A DNA stretch of 64,000 nucleotides, from assembly GCA_000708835.1 (NCBI GenBank), contig DF237112.1, positions 62,001-126,000 of the forward strand, read 5' to 3'. A model generated the notes under the pieces. That model did no database searches, was not told the DNA's origin, and saw only the letters and a program-made list of their open reading frames with translations. The stretch comes from Klebsormidium nitens. Lineage: Eukaryota > Plantae > Klebsormidiophyceae. A program made the translations under genes and the position numbers. Below, piece by piece: positions 60,960-64,000 of this stretch; position 1 is the first letter of the stretch, and every line of letters begins with the position of its first letter.

Positions 60960-63900
60960 TTATCTCAATCTTCTTTGACCAGCTTCCGCTTGCGCTTGCG
61001 ACAACAAGTCCTTGGCCTCGAGGACCAGCCTATGCTTCTCTCCGTGAGTAATGGTCAAGATCTCGCACGCTCTTCGTACTGCTTCGAAGCAGCTCTGTGC
61101 ATCTTCTAAGAACCACTTCAGCTTCGCGAGTGTGAACAGCTGCAGTCCGTACAGTGCGGACGGCTGCGGCAAGCATGCTTCGTACGCCGGAAGAGTGCGT
61201 TCACACCAACTCGCGGCAGCCGGCCAGTCTTGTAGAGCCATGCACACGCGTAGAAGCGCATCGGACGTCCGAACCAGCTCCCAGTTGAGCCGATGCAGAA
61301 CGGACGTCTGAAGCCCATGCGCTTTTTCCAGGAGCCGGCTGCAGGCAAAACCGAAGATACTTTAACGGCAGAGTTGTGGAAAGCTTCGTTCGGGTCGATC
61401 AGCCCGAGCAACTGTTTTGGCACAAGTCCAACCACTCGCTTAGACATAGGCTTGATTCATCTGGAATGACTACCGGTTGAAATTGGAACCGTTACGGACG
61501 ATACTCTTGAAAATCCAGCCCTGTGAGATGACTGCTGATCATCTACGAGGACTCTGAAGACGCCCGCGACATCGAGGAAGGCCGGCTGCTTTCTTCGTAG
61601 GGCGAATGGCGCTTCAGCTTAGCTTGATTTCCGGATCATAGGAAAGCCTTGTTCTGTCGCCAATGCGAGACGAGAGGCCCCTATGACGCCGCCCCTCAAG
61701 AGACTCGCTGCCCAAGTTAAACGTGGTTTGCTTGCTTTGTCACCTTCAGCCTCGCAAGTTGTGAAAACAAACGCGACGCTGCTTCACCAAATATTCGGCC
61801 ACTTCGTGTGGCCGACACGTCCTCAAGAAGAGTATTCAAACAGCGGTGCCGAGGTCGACGCTCACCGCGCCTCCTGAAATTCGCCTTTCCCCTCGCTTGC
61901 TTCCTCCTCCCGCAGAATCCGGTTAGCTTCCTCCTTCCGGGCGTCAGCCTCGTTTGCTGGCACAGCCCGCCCGCACTTGCATACGTACCGCCCGGTTTTG
62001 TCTCCTGTGAACGAGACGACGGCAGATAAGCGCATGTTTCGTGCAATAGAAATGCTTGAGTGAGTGTATCCGTAAGATGCTCCAGCAGGAAGAGAATCCC
62101 TCGATCAACTTCTCCATTGGACAGCGCCTTTCGGAGCTAACTTGGTGGCAGGAACACGAGTACCTGCTCATTTGAGCGACACTTATTTGGACATGTACTG
62201 AACTACTCCGCTGTTGGAAGGTGAAACAATGACGGTGGGATAAATATGCACTTTCAATCTGAATACCAGAGCCCTCACGGTTTTTACTGTCAACTCGGAT
62301 TTATAGCAGACTGCTGTTCTGGAGCAACGTGAAGCTGACGTAGCAATCCCGCTAGAACAACGTTCCGGTCTTGACCAGAAACTGTCTACAGCGTTCCACA
62401 CCCAGTTCTTTGAAAATTTTCAGGGCTTCGTCATAACTTTCCTGGGCTTCGTTCTTTCCCCGCGCCCAAAAGACCTCTCTTGCTCAGAATCAGAATGCAA
62501 TCTCGGCAAACAGAACGCTCGTCTTGCAAACATCAGATCCAAATTGAGCAGAGAGTAAGCTCTAAGGTCCAGGGATCGGGAAGCGTGTCCGGAGCCGTCC
62601 TCATAAGAGTAACGACGACTCTCGACCCAACTCAGTCGCAGCTTTCCGCAGCTCTCAGTCCTATCCGGGGAATCCCCTTCAGCTCTTTCTGTGCAAAGTT
62701 TATAAAATAGCTTCAAGTAGACCAAATACTGAATAGAAGTCGTCCGGAGATCTGAAAAGGTGGCACCAAAAACTAGACCCGACTTACTCGCTGCTTTTCC
62801 CAGTTCCCAGTCCCATCCGGGGGATCCCCCACAGCTCTCGTCAGCGCACTTTAGCCCTGCAACCTTCGAGTCAACAGGATCTTCTCTGTGATGGACGCAC
62901 CGATCGCATTGGCACTCAAAGTAGTACTTTCGTAGCCGCTCTCTTCGCTGATTTCGGCTGCCTGCTAGATCGATGTAAGCGTGTGTTATCTGCAAGGCAA
63001 CAAACAGCATAAGAGTCCTGCCTGAAAGTTGTCTGTGCGCTCAAAAACCTTGTAAAACTGCAGTGGTTAAATTCAGCCTGTGCACTAGCGAGGTGGTGAT
63101 TCTGTCTGCTTTCGTGCTGCAAAGGCGTGCTTCTTTGACGGCGGTAATTTGAATTTCAAGTCTCAAAAGGCGCTCCGACCGAATGTCAGAATCGTTTGTG
63201 GGGCAGCGTATTAGCGGACTCCTGTGTAGATTGATGTTTACACTGGAGTGTTACAAAAGATACACGTGCGGCGAAAGTCCAGTTCACTGTGGACCTAATT
63301 CTATAACCTGCCATCAAGCAGTGACCAGCGTTACGTGCGAAAATGCCAAACCCACCTCATCCCCCGCTGTAATCGGACGTAACGCTCTCATCATCGCCCT
63401 TGGCCCGTCGTACAGTATGATCGCGTTCGGGTTACAGTCGTGGTTAGCCAAAGAGTTTACCACAAACAGGCCCATTCCCACCGGCTTGAGCTCCTCGTCA
63501 CAGATGGTGTGGGCGTTGCAGGCGAACCTGAAGTGAGAATAGTCTCCGCTTAGGTCTGTGATTGACATTTGATCTGGGGAGGCGAACAACTGTAGACTTT
63601 TTCTGCGGTTGTTTCCATTCCTCCTGCGTTGGCCGATTTCGATACGTGGCTTTCCACGGGTGAGCGATTGACAACTTTGCAGAGAGAAAGGCTTTGTGAG
63701 ATATTGCTTGAGACGACCGAAGCGCCCACTTTCAGATCGACATCTCCGACGTAGACGAGCTCAAAAAAGCGTTATTCACAGACTAACCAGGGGGAAACTC
63801 TGGACTCGAGATGCCACTTGTCACATCAGCACGGGATAGACTGCAGATCTGAGCGAAAGCAACGGGTTAGCTGAGGGCAAGGACCAGAAACAAAGCCAAG

Positions 63901-64000
63901 ATCTCAAAAGCAACGCAAACATCCGATTAATGAAAGGGGAAAACGACAGGGAAATGATCAACGGCCCACCTGCCCAGAAGCTCCGTCACCTCCCGCGGAT
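60960..64000 (-). CDS. SET-MYND (SMYD) lysine methyltransferase, ASHR1/SDG37-like; 5' part lies beyond the window
   Basis: PREVTELLGR|FACNAHTICDEELKPVGMGLFVVNSLANHDCNPNA (SET NHxCxPN motif); ITHAYIDLAGSRNQRRERLRKYYFECQCDRC (post-SET); C-terminal TPR-like exon ..YGLQLFTLAKLKW..ILTITHG..QRRLR* with stop at 60960. Confidence 0.92.

Noticed and set aside
1-64000. tRNA, rRNA, telomeric arrays, transposase or reverse transcriptase ORFs
   Set aside because: None recognised by eye; a tRNAscan/Rfam/RepeatMasker run would be needed to exclude them.

Overview
Intron-rich eukaryotic nuclear DNA of roughly 50% GC. The gene set points to a streptophyte green alga, possibly Klebsormidium-like (inference). 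Most six-frame ORFs are exon fragments or antisense noise, so I assembled genes by hand from GT..AG junctions. Gene order: CDC14 phosphatase (+, 410-5537); secreted YHYH-motif protein (-, 12351-7275); orphan intronless ORF; stranded degenerate YHYH exon; ABCG half-transporter (-, 24480-16512, with an apparent frameshift in the last exon); non-catalytic M16B peptidase-like protein with a plastid/lumen-type presequence (-, 35847-26456); kinesin-8B (+, 37675-45806); small two-TM ORF; frameshifted BTB/POZ At3g50780-like copy (+); Crinkler CRN8-like PD-(D/E)XK nuclease + kinase gene (-, 56391-51138); second BTB-like copy (+); PIF/Harbinger-type MITE with TTA TSD; 3' part of an ASHR1/SMYD SET-MYND gene (-). 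Two observations stand out. First, a Crinkler-type nuclease-kinase sits between two decaying BTB paralogues. Second, several unrelated genes carry about 140-195 bp tandem duplications of the 3' splice site plus exon start, which form arrays of decoy acceptors. Exon coordinates were read by eye and may be off by a few bases. No database searches were run.
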